Positions 18,641 to 29,473 are shown, counted from the first letter of the stretch. The stretch is 63,034 nucleotides of DNA from Candidatus Scalinduaceae bacterium (GCA_046759445.1 JBHICG010000013.1:1-63034), one strand, 5' to 3'. Notes: generated from the letters alone by a model not told the origin. Made by a program: numbers and translations.

Positions 18641-18982
18641 GATATTCTCCTACCTTCTGGACAAGGCGTACTCTCGTGTGAATAATATTAAACTTACGTT
18701 AAAAATGTTTTATTAAAAATAGTTAAGTATTGCAAATAAAATTTGCAGAATTAAACTATTTTGCACTGAACTTTTTTACTACTTTCTAAGTGAATTGTAA
18801 AGAAATAAATGTACAAATAAGTATCACAATAATCAAGTAGAGAATTCTAAGAAAGTTTTTCATCTGATAGGATTACCCGCCTGCGGCGGACCTAGAAGTT
18901 GCACACAGGGGCGCCTCTGGCGGCAGAATGAACATGAATCTTGTTTTAATTTACAACATAACATAAAATATTTTGTCTGCAT

Positions 18983-19045
18983 GTAAAATGCCAGATTACA
19001 ATCAAACCACTCCACCAGTTCCATGATTTTATTAAGTACTGCCAT
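18983..19045 (-). pseudogene. Possible N-terminal stub of a type IIG restriction-modification enzyme
   Basis: Good RBS (GAGGAG) then MAVLNKIMELVEWFDCNLAFY, resembling from memory the xxELVERFxxNLxxY start of Eco57I-like fusions. Sequence after it is junk. Confidence 0.35.
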
Positions 19046-19094
19046 ACTTACTCCTCAGTTAGTTTATGTCTGTGAGGAAGATATATATGATACT

Positions 19095-19165
19095 TTTTGG
19101 ACAGGAATTACAGGATGATCAGGTTAATAAAAAAATCTTGTATATCCCGTTTATCTTGTCAAAAA
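19095..19165. repeat. Imperfect inverted repeat of 9-nt ACAGGA-type units
   Basis: TTTTGGACAGGAATTACAGGATGATCAGG ... ATCTTGTATATCCCGTTTATCTTGTCAAAAA. Confidence 0.55.
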
Positions 19166-19178
19166 GTCAACTGAAAAT

Positions 19179-19424
19179 CTAGGCAGTTTCATAAACATTT
19201 ACTTCTTTGTTAAGTCTTGTTGTAAGTCTATCTTCTTCAATATCTAGATCATAATCCATCTGTAAACCAAGCCAAACCTGTGGAGACATTTTGAAGTAAT
19301 GCCCTAGACGGAGCGCTGTATCGGCTGTGATCCTGCGTTTGCCATGCACTATTTCATTAATTCGTCGTGGGGGAACTCCAATATCAACAGCCAATCTATT
19401 TTCGGACAAAACATTCATTACCAT
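19179..19424 (-). pseudogene. higA: HigA-family antitoxin, N-terminally truncated, no toxin
   Basis: RLAVDIGVPPRRINEIVHGKRRITADTALRLGHYF..SPQVWLGLQMDYDL. Lacks the N-terminal HPGEIL. A REP-type hairpin lies upstream (~19454-19499). Confidence 0.8.
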
Positions 19425-19714
19425 ATATGGTCGCCACGAACAATGAAAATCCTGGATTCCCCGTCAACTTGCCATGCTGTCAATACCACGGGAATGATAT
19501 GGAAGGGTAACACCTTAGCTATTTTCGTTCAATATTATATGTGAGGAGAAAAGGTGATTATGGAAAATTATTAGAAAGGATTCGTTATATCCTCCATGAG
19601 ATTTATTCACTCATGGCAATTAGCCAGGACTTCGCAAGTTACAAGATTGTAATTAATCTAATTAAGCCACTAACTTTCAGGCTGTATCACGAACCGAAAA
19701 ATGAGCATTTATGT

Positions 19715-20503
19715 TTATTCTTTAATCTTTTTAGCCCTATTCTGGGTATAAGCATCCTGAACGGCAATGTACGGATCAATGGCTGGTTCTACTATGTTCT
19801 CATAAGCCTCTCCTTTATCCAGGGAGACTTCGTTAAATTCATTGTAAACTCCAGCCCCTGAAGTCACAAAGGGAGTGACTACAAAGGATACGATGGTTAA
19901 GGGGTTAAGTGCCGCGTCCCCTACAAGACCAATAGTATCACGCAGATTGGATGGACCCAGAAGAGGCCATTCTATAAAAGCACCCTGTCCAACCTTGTAA
20001 TGACCAAGAGTCTGTCCAAAATCTTCTTCCTGTATTTCAAGGTGAAAGTGTTTTTTTGCCGGATCAGAAAAACCGATTCCTCCCACGGTGCTATTAATAA
20101 CAAAACGCAATGCCTCCGTGCCAGCGCCCTTGAATTTGCCCTGGAAGAGGCAATTGAAAAAGCGGATAGGCATTTTGATATTTGTGAAGAAATTCCTAAC
20201 ACCTATACGCGCCTTTTCGGGTACCACTTTGTTGTATCCTTTATACATCGGCCTAATAGCATGATAATAAAGTTTGTCATTGAAGGTAAATATGGCACGG
20301 TTGTATGGCTGAATTGGGTCTTTCACAAAAGTTGTTTCTAGCTCTACATCCGCATGCTCCAAATCTTCATCATCAAACTCCTTCTCAGCGCTTACGGTTT
20401 CACTAGTTTGTCCCCCGGAAACAGGCGCACTCTCAGCCCTAACAGATACGTTATATGAAAAAGTTATAAATACAAAAAGAATGAATAATAGAGATTTCCT
20501 CAT
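19715..20503 (-). CDS. mlaA: MlaA/VacJ family protein
   Basis: DPIQPYNRAIFTFND, RFVINSTVG, EDFGQTL, PLLGPSNLRD. Confidence 0.92.
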   Translation of the reverse strand: MRKSLLFILFVFITFSYNVSVRAESAPVSGGQTSETVSAEKEFDDEDLEHADVELETTFVKDPIQPYNRAIFTFNDKLYYHAIRPMYKGYNKVVPEKARIGVRNFFTNIKMPIRFFNCLFQGKFKGAGTEALRFVINSTVGGIGFSDPAKKHFHLEIQEEDFGQTLGHYKVGQGAFIEWPLLGPSNLRDTIGLVGDAALNPLTIVSFVVTPFVTSGAGVYNEFNEVSLDKGEAYENIVEPAIDPYIAVQDAYTQNRAKKIKE

Positions 20504-20552
20504 TTGTTTACGCCTCCTAGAGTGTTGTTATTATTGATTTACTAAAATTTTT

Positions 20553-21203
20553 TTAATTTGTAGAGGTTTTACTTTGTTTCTGCTTTATCTTTTTTACCAG
20601 TTCTTCATATGAAGATTTAACGAGGATGTTATTAAATTGATTACGGTAATTGTTTACGAGGCTGACACCTTCAATAACCGCGTCATAAATCTTCCATTTA
20701 CCACTGTTACTGAGCAAGCTAAAATCTACCGAAACTTCTTTTCCTGTACTAGTGATAAATATGGTTTGAACTTTTGTACGGTTATCTCTTTGTTTTTCTC
20801 TAAGATAAATAATCTTCTCGTTGGAATAACTGTCAGTTTTCCCTATGTATGTGTCTTTAAGGATGTTGGTAAATAATTCCACAAATTCCCTTTTTTCTTC
20901 AAGGGAACGTTTTCTCCAATATTTGCCTAGAGACCTCTTGGACATTTCTTCAAAATTAAAGAGGGGTGAAATTTCATCCCATAGTTTTTGTTTACGTTCC
21001 TGCAACTTATCTTCTCCGTTCAATGACGGATCCTTAAGAACGGTTAAACCCCTTTCTATTGTTGTCATAACAAGTTCTCCCGGTTTCTCTGCCCATAGAT
21101 AAGTTGATGTATGTATCTGAAGTAGTAAAGTAATAAATATTACAAATATAATTTTAATATATTTCATTTTTCTAAAGACCTCTCTTGTTATCATTATATT
21201 CAC
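20553..21203 (-). CDS. mlaC: MlaC/Ttg2D periplasmic phospholipid-binding protein
   Basis: FNFEEMSKRSLG, WKIYDAVIEGVSLVNNYRNQF. Confidence 0.92.
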   Translation of the reverse strand: MNIMITREVFRKMKYIKIIFVIFITLLLQIHTSTYLWAEKPGELVMTTIERGLTVLKDPSLNGEDKLQERKQKLWDEISPLFNFEEMSKRSLGKYWRKRSLEEKREFVELFTNILKDTYIGKTDSYSNEKIIYLREKQRDNRTKVQTIFITSTGKEVSVDFSLLSNSGKWKIYDAVIEGVSLVNNYRNQFNNILVKSSYEELVKKIKQKQSKTSTN

Positions 21204-21276
21204 AAAATTCTTTAATTGTAGTACAAACAGTACTCCGCTGTTTTTATTAATCTAAATTTTAGGACAGGAAATATCT

Positions 21277-21729
21277 TTATTTTACTTCCCCAAAGACAAA
21301 ATTTCCTATCAATTTTTCTAAATCAATAGGCGGTTCTGTTTCAAATATTATACCTCCTGGTTGTATCAAAATATCTGATCCTCCAGGCATAATTTCTACG
21401 TATTTTTCTCCCAGGAGTCCTTTAGTTCGTATAGAGGCGATAGCATCTTCCTGTAATTCTATGTTGTCTCTGATTCGTAAAGTTATTACAGCCTCGTAAT
21501 TTTCCAGTCTGATGTCATTAACCTTGCCAATTTGGACACCTGCTATTTCCACTGCGGTATCTTTTTTGAGTCCCTTTACGGAGCTAAAAACTGCCTTTAC
21601 CGTATAATAGTCCTTGCTAAATAAGTTAACGTTTCCCAGATTTATGGAGATATAAGCCAGAAAAAGCAAGCCAAAAAATATAAAGATACCAACCACAATT
21701 TCAACATCTAATTTCTTCACATTTGCCAC
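21277..21729 (-). CDS. mlaD: MlaD MCE-domain protein
   Basis: GLKKDTAVEIAGVQIGKV, ASIRTKGLLGEKYVEI.PGG. Confidence 0.93.
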   Translation of the reverse strand: MANVKKLDVEIVVGIFIFFGLLFLAYISINLGNVNLFSKDYYTVKAVFSSVKGLKKDTAVEIAGVQIGKVNDIRLENYEAVITLRIRDNIELQEDAIASIRTKGLLGEKYVEIMPGGSDILIQPGGIIFETEPPIDLEKLIGNFVFGEVK

Positions 21730-21754
21730 CTTTCATATCTATTGGAAAAGATAT

Positions 21755-22501
21755 TCATTTTACGGGGATAGGGCCTTCCAGTTCTCCTTGAATAAATTGA
21801 CGAACTATTGGGTCTTTTGAATTCTCCATTTCTTGAGGAGTACCATGTGCAATAATTTTGCCATTGTATAACATGGCAACTTGATCCACTAGAGGGAAAA
21901 TTGCCGGAATTTCATGAGTTACTATGATAGCAGTAAGATTGTGACTCTTTTGACATGATCTTATCATTTTGTGTATTGCCTTGCCGATTAAGGGATCGAG
22001 ACCGGTTGTGGGTTCGTCAAACAGGATTATCTCTGGATTAAGGACCAGACAACGGGCAAGTGCTACTCGTTTTTTCATTCCCCCGCTGATCTCAGCCGGA
22101 TACTTATTCTCGGAGCCCGATAAGCCTACCTCAGCCAACTCCTTAAGTACAGTCTCCTTAATTTGTGAAGATTTCATCTTTGTCTTTTCACTTAGCGGAA
22201 ATGCTACATTTTCAAAAACCGTAAGGGAATCGAAAAGTGCGCCCCCTTGAAAGACAATGCCAAATCGTTCTTTTAATCGTTTAAGGGCTTTTCCTCTAAG
22301 TCGGCTAACATCCTGGTTGTCTATCAATATCTTACCACTATCTGGCTTCGCCAGACCGATGATATGCCTCAGCAATACTGATTTCCCCTTACCACTTAAC
22401 CCTATTAGGGCCAGGGTTTTGCCATCTTCTACAGTTAGGTTAACACCGCAAAGGACTTCCTGGCCGTTAAAACTCCTGTATAAATCAACAACCTTAATCA
22501 T
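21755..22501 (-). CDS. mlaF: MlaF ABC ATPase
   Basis: GLSGKGKS, FQGGALFDSLTV, ISGGMKKRVALAR, DEPTTGLDP. Confidence 0.93.
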   Translation of the reverse strand: MIKVVDLYRSFNGQEVLCGVNLTVEDGKTLALIGLSGKGKSVLLRHIIGLAKPDSGKILIDNQDVSRLRGKALKRLKERFGIVFQGGALFDSLTVFENVAFPLSEKTKMKSSQIKETVLKELAEVGLSGSENKYPAEISGGMKKRVALARCLVLNPEIILFDEPTTGLDPLIGKAIHKMIRSCQKSHNLTAIIVTHEIPAIFPLVDQVAMLYNGKIIAHGTPQEMENSKDPIVRQFIQGELEGPIPVK

Positions 22502-22512
22502 ATATATCTATG

Positions 22513-23295
22513 TTAAAATACAAGTATAGACGTCATAAAATAATCCCATATCAGGATAACAACCGATGAAAGCACGACAGCCTGGGTGGTTGCCTTACTT
22601 ACTCCTTCAGCTCCGTACCCCGTAAAAAACCCCTTGTAGCAACATATCCATGTTATCAAGATACCAAAGCTTAATGATTTGTATAAACCCTCAAGGATAT
22701 CTTTTGCATCAACGAAATCCCTGATTCCTCCAAAATAAGTTCCACTGGACAAGCCCATGAGTCCTACGCCAACAGAATATCCCCCAAAAACACCGACAAC
22801 AACAAAGAAAGCATTTAAGAGAGGAAGAGATATTACGCCTGCTAATAAGTTGGGAATGACCAGATACTTGTATGGATTAAGCGCCATGGCATCAAGGGCG
22901 TCGATTTGTTCGGTTATTCTCATAATACCAATTTCTGCCGTCAAAGCAGAACCTGCACGTCCTACAACCATCAAACCGGAAATAACCGGTCCCAGTTCCT
23001 TAATCAATGACAGGGCTACCACAGAACCCAACCTTGCTTCAGCGCCAAACTTGACTAGTGTGTAGTAAATCTGTAGTGCAAGAACCATCCCCGTAAATGC
23101 ACCGGTCAGCACAATTACCAGGATAGTCTTTACACCAATAAAATTAATTTGCTTAATAACTCTTTGTATCAGATATGGGGGGAATAACATCCAGAATAAG
23201 GATTCAATAAAAAATAAACCCATCCTGCCTAATTCCCTGACGAATTTGTGGGTAAAACTTCCAATAAGTTTAAATGGTATTAAAATCAAGTTCAT
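22513..23295 (-). CDS. mlaE: MlaE permease
   Basis: ELGPV, GRAGSALTAEIGIMRITEQIDAL, GAEGVSKATTQAVV. Confidence 0.95.
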   Translation of the reverse strand: MNLILIPFKLIGSFTHKFVRELGRMGLFFIESLFWMLFPPYLIQRVIKQINFIGVKTILVIVLTGAFTGMVLALQIYYTLVKFGAEARLGSVVALSLIKELGPVISGLMVVGRAGSALTAEIGIMRITEQIDALDAMALNPYKYLVIPNLLAGVISLPLLNAFFVVVGVFGGYSVGVGLMGLSSGTYFGGIRDFVDAKDILEGLYKSLSFGILITWICCYKGFFTGYGAEGVSKATTQAVVLSSVVILIWDYFMTSILVF

Positions 23296-23410
23296 TTAAA
23301 TTCAAAATTTATTCACGGATGATTCCCAATTGGCTGTAATTAAATCATCTAGGACAAAAATTGTCAAGAGTTGAAATATAGTCGTTCAAGAAAGCATTTA
23401 ATATGGTTAT

Positions 23411-24046
23411 TTAACGCCACCAAATCCTTGATCGTAATTCATCAATCCATTTAGTTACTTCATGTTTTATTCTTACACCATCGCTAATCAAAATATTAAT
23501 TTCATTTTCAGGAAATAATGCCTTCGCCCTCAATTTCTCAAGCGAATAAATACAAATCTTAGCATTTTTTAATGCGCGTTTACAAATTGCTATATTTCCA
23601 CATAGTGAATCTTTCTCGTAGCCCATGCCATGACCTCCGGCTACTTTTGCCGAAACAAAAGCTGATGCAGAAATAGCATCCATAACGTCTTCATCAATGT
23701 CCACATCTTTTTTGTTCTTATTTTTAAAATACTTGTTTAGTTTTATGTAAAATTCATAACTTTTTTTATAAGCGGGAATCTTTTTAACATCTTCTATGTC
23801 TTCTTCTATTATTTCATCATATTGAAGATTATTTATATATGCTTGACATTCATCATTTTTTTCACAATCATTTCCTTTGTGATACCATCCCATCTCTTTC
23901 GCTACAAGCTCATCACAATCAGGATGATTATGAAGGGTTTCGAATAATTCTAAATACTTCGCCGTACGGACATCAGCTTTTTGCAAGAACCTTTCCCAGT
24001 CATCCTCATCCCAATCTTCATGTTCACAAAATTCTCTATCTCTCAT
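23411..24046 (-). CDS. Hypothetical protein, acidic N-terminus and helical C-terminus
   Basis: Long ORF with RBS AGGAG. WDEDDWERFL start and IDELR end. Confidence 0.7.
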   Translation of the reverse strand: MRDREFCEHEDWDEDDWERFLQKADVRTAKYLELFETLHNHPDCDELVAKEMGWYHKGNDCEKNDECQAYINNLQYDEIIEEDIEDVKKIPAYKKSYEFYIKLNKYFKNKNKKDVDIDEDVMDAISASAFVSAKVAGGHGMGYEKDSLCGNIAICKRALKNAKICIYSLEKLRAKALFPENEINILISDGVRIKHEVTKWIDELRSRIWWR

Positions 24047-24108
24047 CTTCTAATCTCCTTTTAAACGTTGTCTCCTTATTGGTTCATGTATGTTTGGGTA
24101 ATCCGTGA

Positions 24109-25200
24109 TTAATGATTGTTTATGATGTTGTAATAACAGTCCCTCTGCATTGCCTCAAAGCCTAAATCTTCTATTAATGCCACTATTTCCTCTTTTTTCA
24201 TGCGGTAGTTTACACCAGCCGCTTTTACTACGTTTTCCTCAATCATTGTGCTTCCCATATCATTTGCTCCGAACTTTAATGCGAGTTGTGCAATCTTTGC
24301 ACCCTGTGTTACCCATGAGGCCTGGATGTTTGGAATATTATCCAGATATAATCTGGAAACTGCAACAGTTCTAAGGTAATCGAATCCACCAACTTTGAAA
24401 CCTGCCATTTTTTCTCTGGACAATGACAGGGTTGTATTTTTTGACTGGAATGTCCATGGAATAAATGCCGTAAAACCACATGTTTCATCCTGAAGTTGTC
24501 GGATTTTTTCCAGATGAATAATCCTCTCTTCCAGGCTTTCGATATGACCAAACATCATTGTTGCAGTGCTTTTAAGACCTAACCTATGTGCTTCTTTCAT
24601 TACCTGAAGCCATTCATTTACAGAGCATTTGTGAGGGCTTAAAATACCCCTGCATCTATCTGTAAGTATTTCAGCGCCACCACCCGGGATTGTATCAAGA
24701 CCGGCATCCTTTAGCAATATCAGGATTTCCCTTATCGGTAAGTTATTCAATTCTGTAAAATAAATTATTTCTGGAGGAGAAAATGAATGAACGTGTATAT
24801 TAAACCTTTTTTTAATAGCCCTTAAGAGGTCTATATAAAAATCAATTTTTAAATCGGGATGTAAACCACCTTGCATTAGGATCTGCGTTCCCCCGAGAGA
24901 TATTGTTTCCTCTATTTTTTTAAAAAGTTCATCTTTAGATAACAAATAACTATCCTTGCTATCTTTATCTCTATAAAAAGCGCAGAATTTACAACCAGAA
25001 GTACAAACGTTAGTATAATTTATATTACGGTCAATTATGTACGTTCTATATTGTTCCGGGTGAAGTTTTTTACAGAACCTGTCTGCTGCAGTGCCTAGAC
25101 CCAGCAAATCGTATGACTTAATAAGACTCACACCTTCTTCGAAAGAAAGCCTTTCATGGGAACATTCTTTTTCCATTAAATTATTCGTCGTAGAATTCAA
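24109..25200 (-). CDS. mqnC: Cyclic dehypoxanthine futalosine synthase (radical SAM)
   Basis: DRNINYTNVCTSGCKFCAF, QILMQGG, IPGGGAEIL, NIQASWVTQG, GSTMIEENVV. Adjacent to mqnA. Confidence 0.93.
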   Translation of the reverse strand: MNSTTNNLMEKECSHERLSFEEGVSLIKSYDLLGLGTAADRFCKKLHPEQYRTYIIDRNINYTNVCTSGCKFCAFYRDKDSKDSYLLSKDELFKKIEETISLGGTQILMQGGLHPDLKIDFYIDLLRAIKKRFNIHVHSFSPPEIIYFTELNNLPIREILILLKDAGLDTIPGGGAEILTDRCRGILSPHKCSVNEWLQVMKEAHRLGLKSTATMMFGHIESLEERIIHLEKIRQLQDETCGFTAFIPWTFQSKNTTLSLSREKMAGFKVGGFDYLRTVAVSRLYLDNIPNIQASWVTQGAKIAQLALKFGANDMGSTMIEENVVKAAGVNYRMKKEEIVALIEDLGFEAMQRDCYYNIINNH

Positions 25201-25975
25201 TCTTAACTCCCTTGCAAACTGTGTCTATTCCAAGAGCATGATTATAAAAAGATTTAAGACCCTTTATTTCCTGCTCTCCTAAATTGTATTTAATTGACTC
25301 CCCAAGATACCTGATACAATGTTCTTTTCCCAGATTAAGTCTAAGAGCCTCTGCGCTTGCTATTTTGTTTAAGGATTTTAGACCGCATTCTTTTGCTTCC
25401 GTTAATATTTTATCAATCCTGCATAACTTAGATTTTGACTTGGTTACCCAGAGTGCATAAACAAAAGGCAACCCCACTAACTCCTTCCATTCCTTTCCTA
25501 AGTCTAAAATGATAAAGTCCTCATCCTTTATTTTCATAGCATTGTCTCCTATTACGAGGAATGCATCGGCATATTCATTATAAATCTTACTTTGATCTTC
25601 AAGTGTTACGAACTCTGGCTTCAGTGAATATCTTTTCCGAAGAATGATTTTAGTAAGAACGCACGAGGTTAGAGAATCTTTGTCAAGGGCAACAACCTTA
25701 ATCTTTTCAATCGATGGAGTTTTGATAAAAAGTTTCACACTTTCAACAGGACCATCTGAAGAGATGGAACTTCCAGGGATAATCTTATAACCAGAGGTTC
25801 TGAAATAGTTCACAGAAGGCATTAGTGTTACGTCTAATTCATTATTTTCAAGCATTCCAGGTAAAGCAGCTGGAACGGCATATATTAAATCTATTTTTTC
25901 GGGCTGATTTTCAAGTCCATATATTAATGGTTTTGCATTCATATATGGGACAACGCCAATCTTAAGCTTAGTCAT
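25181..25975 (-). CDS. mqnA: Chorismate dehydratase
   Basis: IGVVPYMNAKPLIYG, GPVESV, IGDNA, DLGKEW..GLPFVYALW. Confidence 0.92.
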   Translation of the reverse strand: MTKLKIGVVPYMNAKPLIYGLENQPEKIDLIYAVPAALPGMLENNELDVTLMPSVNYFRTSGYKIIPGSSISSDGPVESVKLFIKTPSIEKIKVVALDKDSLTSCVLTKIILRKRYSLKPEFVTLEDQSKIYNEYADAFLVIGDNAMKIKDEDFIILDLGKEWKELVGLPFVYALWVTKSKSKLCRIDKILTEAKECGLKSLNKIASAEALRLNLGKEHCIRYLGESIKYNLGEQEIKGLKSFYNHALGIDTVCKGVKIEFYDE

Positions 25976-26152
25976 AGTATCGTGTTCATGAGTAAGGAGA
26001 ATATTATATTACCATAAAATAAACTATTTATATATTCATTGACTACAGTTGTAGGTTATTTAATTAATTGCTTCATTTTGCCTTATGTTGCATATCCCTG
26101 CTTTGTATCTTGTCTGTACGACTGAAATTATTTCCGATATGTTATGGGGTTT

Positions 26153-26743
26153 TTAGGCGTGTCGAGAGGACATTTCTATAACCTTTTTTGAGGTTAAACG
26201 AGAAAGGTTTGCTGCGTAAGCCAAAATTTCTTCTTTTTTGGGATGCCTGTCAAAGTAAAATTTGCCAAGCTCTTTGCTTCTCAAACTCAACAACCAGTGT
26301 CCAGCACGTACCCTTTTACCTGACTCTTCCGCCTTTATCGCAGAAACTGTTTTACCTTTGCATACGTTTTCTACCAGAATTTCATCTATCTTAGAAAAAG
26401 GAATTCTAACTCTCCAGACAGGTAAAAACAGGAATTTAAAACGTATACAAATTTCCCCTAAACGCTTGTCTACTTCTATCTTCTTATCGTAAAAGAGCAA
26501 GAAGAATCCCAGGAGAGGAAAGAGAAAAAACGAAGCGATAATAACAAAAAATAGTGCTTTATCCAAAATGGCAGGCGAATTATATAATAACAATAGATAT
26601 ACACTGGCGGCCTTATACATAACGAAAAAGACAAGACTTAGGACTAAAAGCATACATCCCATTGCCTTGGGAAATCTGGTACGTTCCAGGCGCATTTTGT
26701 TATCGTCTACTTCTGCAATATGAAGTGTTACAACCAATCCCAT
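26153..26743 (-). CDS. Hypothetical membrane protein (2 TM plus soluble domain)
   Basis: Two hydrophobic segments. RBS GAGG. Confidence 0.7.
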   Translation of the reverse strand: MGLVVTLHIAEVDDNKMRLERTRFPKAMGCMLLVLSLVFFVMYKAASVYLLLLYNSPAILDKALFFVIIASFFLFPLLGFFLLFYDKKIEVDKRLGEICIRFKFLFLPVWRVRIPFSKIDEILVENVCKGKTVSAIKAEESGKRVRAGHWLLSLRSKELGKFYFDRHPKKEEILAYAANLSRLTSKKVIEMSSRHA

Positions 26744-26910
26744 AATAGTTTCCTCTCTTTCTTCAGTTTTATATAGATTTTAGCTTATATGCAAAATGCG
26801 TCAACTAATTTTTAGTAAAACTCGTATTTTTATAATGAAAATGACACATAGTTCAAGTAAACTCGTATGCAAATTCTTACTATCTATTTTTAATATATGG
26901 ATTAATATTT

Positions 26911-28047
26911 ATGCGTGGAAATACGTGGATTGAAATCAACCTTGATGATGTGGCACATAATCTTAGAGTCATTAAGGAGAAGACAGGAAATAATACAAAG
27001 ATTCTCGCAATTGTCAAGGCTGATGCATATGGACATGGTATCGTCAAAGTCAGTAAGGTACTGGTAAAAAATGGTGTAGACATGCTTGGAGTGGCTTTTC
27101 ATGAGGAAGGAATCAAACTCAGGGATAATAACCTTAATATACCTATACTTCTCTTTAATCCAGTTCTGCCAGAACAAATAGAAGATGTCTTGAAATATTC
27201 ATTGGTGTTAACAGTATGTAATCTTAATACGGCAAAAGAATTGTCTCAAATTGCAAAAGGAAGTCGCCGTAGCATCAAAGTTCATGTAGAGGTTGATACT
27301 GGAATGGGGGGAGCAGGTGTGCATCACGATGAAGCATTATCCCTCATAAAGGCATTACTCTTAATCGATAATTTAACAATTGAAGGGATATTTACGCACT
27401 TCCATTCATCAGACGAAAAGGATAAATCGTTTACGCATGAACAAAACAAAATCTTTAAAAAGGTCCTCAAGCAGCTCGAAGAGGAAAAAATATATGTTCC
27501 ATTAGTGCACGCAGCCAATAGCGCCGCAATATTAGACATACCAGATTCGTATTTCAATATGGTTAGGCCTGGCTTAATCCTGTATGGAATATTTCCTTCA
27601 AATTACGTTTCAAAAAATATTGACTTGAAACCAGTTATGAGTTTCAAGACAAGGATAATCAATATTAAGCATCTCGATACAGGAAGTACTGTTGGTTATG
27701 GAAGGACATTCAAGATATCAAAACCCACAAAAGTAGCAACAATACCTGTTGGGTACAGAGACGGCTATAGCAGAAATTTTTCTAATTTGGGAAAAGCGCT
27801 CATAGATGGCAAGCGTGTCTCAATTATTGGTAGAGTGTGTATGGATCGGTGTTTCATAGATGTAACTAATCTACCTGATGTTAATATTGGAAGTGAGGTT
27901 GTATTGTACGGAAAGCAGAAGAATGAAACAATTTCAGTTGAATCCGCTGCGGAATTAATAAATACGATACCGTATGAAGTTGTTTGCAATATAGGAAGAA
28001 ATGTTCCAAAGAAATATATAAACAATGGAAAGTCAACTATAACGTAG
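26911..28047 (+). CDS. alr: Alanine racemase
   Basis: VKADAYGHG, VDTGM, HAANSA, VRPG, GYRDG, GRVCMD. Confidence 0.96.
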   Translation: MRGNTWIEINLDDVAHNLRVIKEKTGNNTKILAIVKADAYGHGIVKVSKVLVKNGVDMLGVAFHEEGIKLRDNNLNIPILLFNPVLPEQIEDVLKYSLVLTVCNLNTAKELSQIAKGSRRSIKVHVEVDTGMGGAGVHHDEALSLIKALLLIDNLTIEGIFTHFHSSDEKDKSFTHEQNKIFKKVLKQLEEEKIYVPLVHAANSAAILDIPDSYFNMVRPGLILYGIFPSNYVSKNIDLKPVMSFKTRIINIKHLDTGSTVGYGRTFKISKPTKVATIPVGYRDGYSRNFSNLGKALIDGKRVSIIGRVCMDRCFIDVTNLPDVNIGSEVVLYGKQKNETISVESAAELINTIPYEVVCNIGRNVPKKYINNGKSTIT

Positions 28048-28085
28048 AGAAGCACACGAGGGTATTTTCAACTTTGAATTAAGAA

Positions 28086-29432
28086 ATGACTGATAAAAAT
28101 TTACTTAAAGAAACTGCGATAGATATAGTTAAACGCCTCAGGGAGAAGGGCTATAACGCATTGTTTGCAGGTGGTTGTGTTCGTGATATGCTGATGGGCA
28201 GTGTGCCGGAGGATTACGATATTGCCACAGACGCTAGTCCCAAGGATATTTTAAGTATTTTCAAAAAGACTGTTCCAGTGGGAGTCCACTATGGAGTTAT
28301 TTTAGTTGTAGAGAATGATTTTCAATTTGAGGTTGCTACGTTCAGATCTGACGGAACATATACTAATGGTCGGCACCCTGATACGGTGACATTCTGTGAT
28401 GCAAAGGGCGATGCCCTGAGGCGGGATTTTACCATAAACGGAATGTTTTATGACCCGATTAATAATAAGTGTTTTGATTATGTTGGAGGTATGAGCGACA
28501 TAAAGGCTCATCTTATCAGGGCTATCGGTAACCCATCTGAGAGATTTAACGAAGACAGGTTGCGTATGATAAGGGCCGTTCGTTTTGCATGCAGATTTAA
28601 CTATGAAATTGAAGGCCGAACAGCAGAAGCCATAATAAAATTTCATGATAGAGTTTCATCCGTAAGTGCAGAAAGGATTAGAGAAGAACTCGAAAAGATA
28701 TTAACAGGCCCTAATCCACATACAGGTATCAAAATGATGGACGAACTTAATATCCTGAAAGAAATACTTCCAGAGGTAACGGCTATGAAGGGTGTGGAGC
28801 AACCTGACAACTACCATCCAGAGGGTGATGTGTTCACGCATACGCTGCTTACGTTATCAGAGTTAGACACCTCTCGAAAGTCTACTGGTTTCCATGGTGG
28901 GTGGGAGTTGGCTATGGCAGCACTCCTTCATGATATTGGCAAACCCGTAACCTTCGAGATTGCAGATCGTATAAGATTTAATAATCATGATAATATCGGC
29001 GCTAAGATGGCTGAAAAGATATGCGACCGCTTAAGGATGTCAAATGCAGAAAAGGAACGCATAGCATGGCTGGTAAAAAACCATCTGTATTTAAGGAATG
29101 CACAGAAGATGAGGATAAGTAAGCTTAAGAGGCTTTTCGCTCATGAAGGATATCCCGAACTTGCAGAATTATACAGGATAGATTCTCTTTCAAGTACTGG
29201 AAATCTGGATGATTATGTTTTTTGTCAGGAGATGTATGAGGAATTGCAGGAAGAGGAGGTAAAACCTGAGCCTCTTATTACGGGTCATGATTTGATAGCA
29301 TTGGGACTAAAACCAGGCCCGATCTTCTCAAAGATTTTGGATGCAATAAAAGATGAACAGTTAGAAAATAAGATTACGACAAAGGAACAGGCAATAAAAA
29401 GGGCAAAGGAACTCGTAGACTTGAACTCCTGA
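28086..29432 (+). CDS. cca: CCA tRNA nucleotidyltransferase with HD domain
   Basis: GGCVRD, DYDIAT, RRDFTIN, EDRLRMIRAVRF, HPEGDVFTH, LLHDIGK. CC- versus CCA-adding specificity not determinable. Confidence 0.9.
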   Translation: MTDKNLLKETAIDIVKRLREKGYNALFAGGCVRDMLMGSVPEDYDIATDASPKDILSIFKKTVPVGVHYGVILVVENDFQFEVATFRSDGTYTNGRHPDTVTFCDAKGDALRRDFTINGMFYDPINNKCFDYVGGMSDIKAHLIRAIGNPSERFNEDRLRMIRAVRFACRFNYEIEGRTAEAIIKFHDRVSSVSAERIREELEKILTGPNPHTGIKMMDELNILKEILPEVTAMKGVEQPDNYHPEGDVFTHTLLTLSELDTSRKSTGFHGGWELAMAALLHDIGKPVTFEIADRIRFNNHDNIGAKMAEKICDRLRMSNAEKERIAWLVKNHLYLRNAQKMRISKLKRLFAHEGYPELAELYRIDSLSSTGNLDDYVFCQEMYEELQEEEVKPEPLITGHDLIALGLKPGPIFSKILDAIKDEQLENKITTKEQAIKRAKELVDLNS

Positions 29433-29473
29433 AATTAATATCTCAACATATCACAAACAAATTACAATATCAA

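Noticed and set aside
19541..19861. 106-aa + strand ORF with possible DUF1016-like start (DYGKLLERI)
   Set aside because: Similarity is too short and most of the ORF is antisense to mlaA or intergenic.
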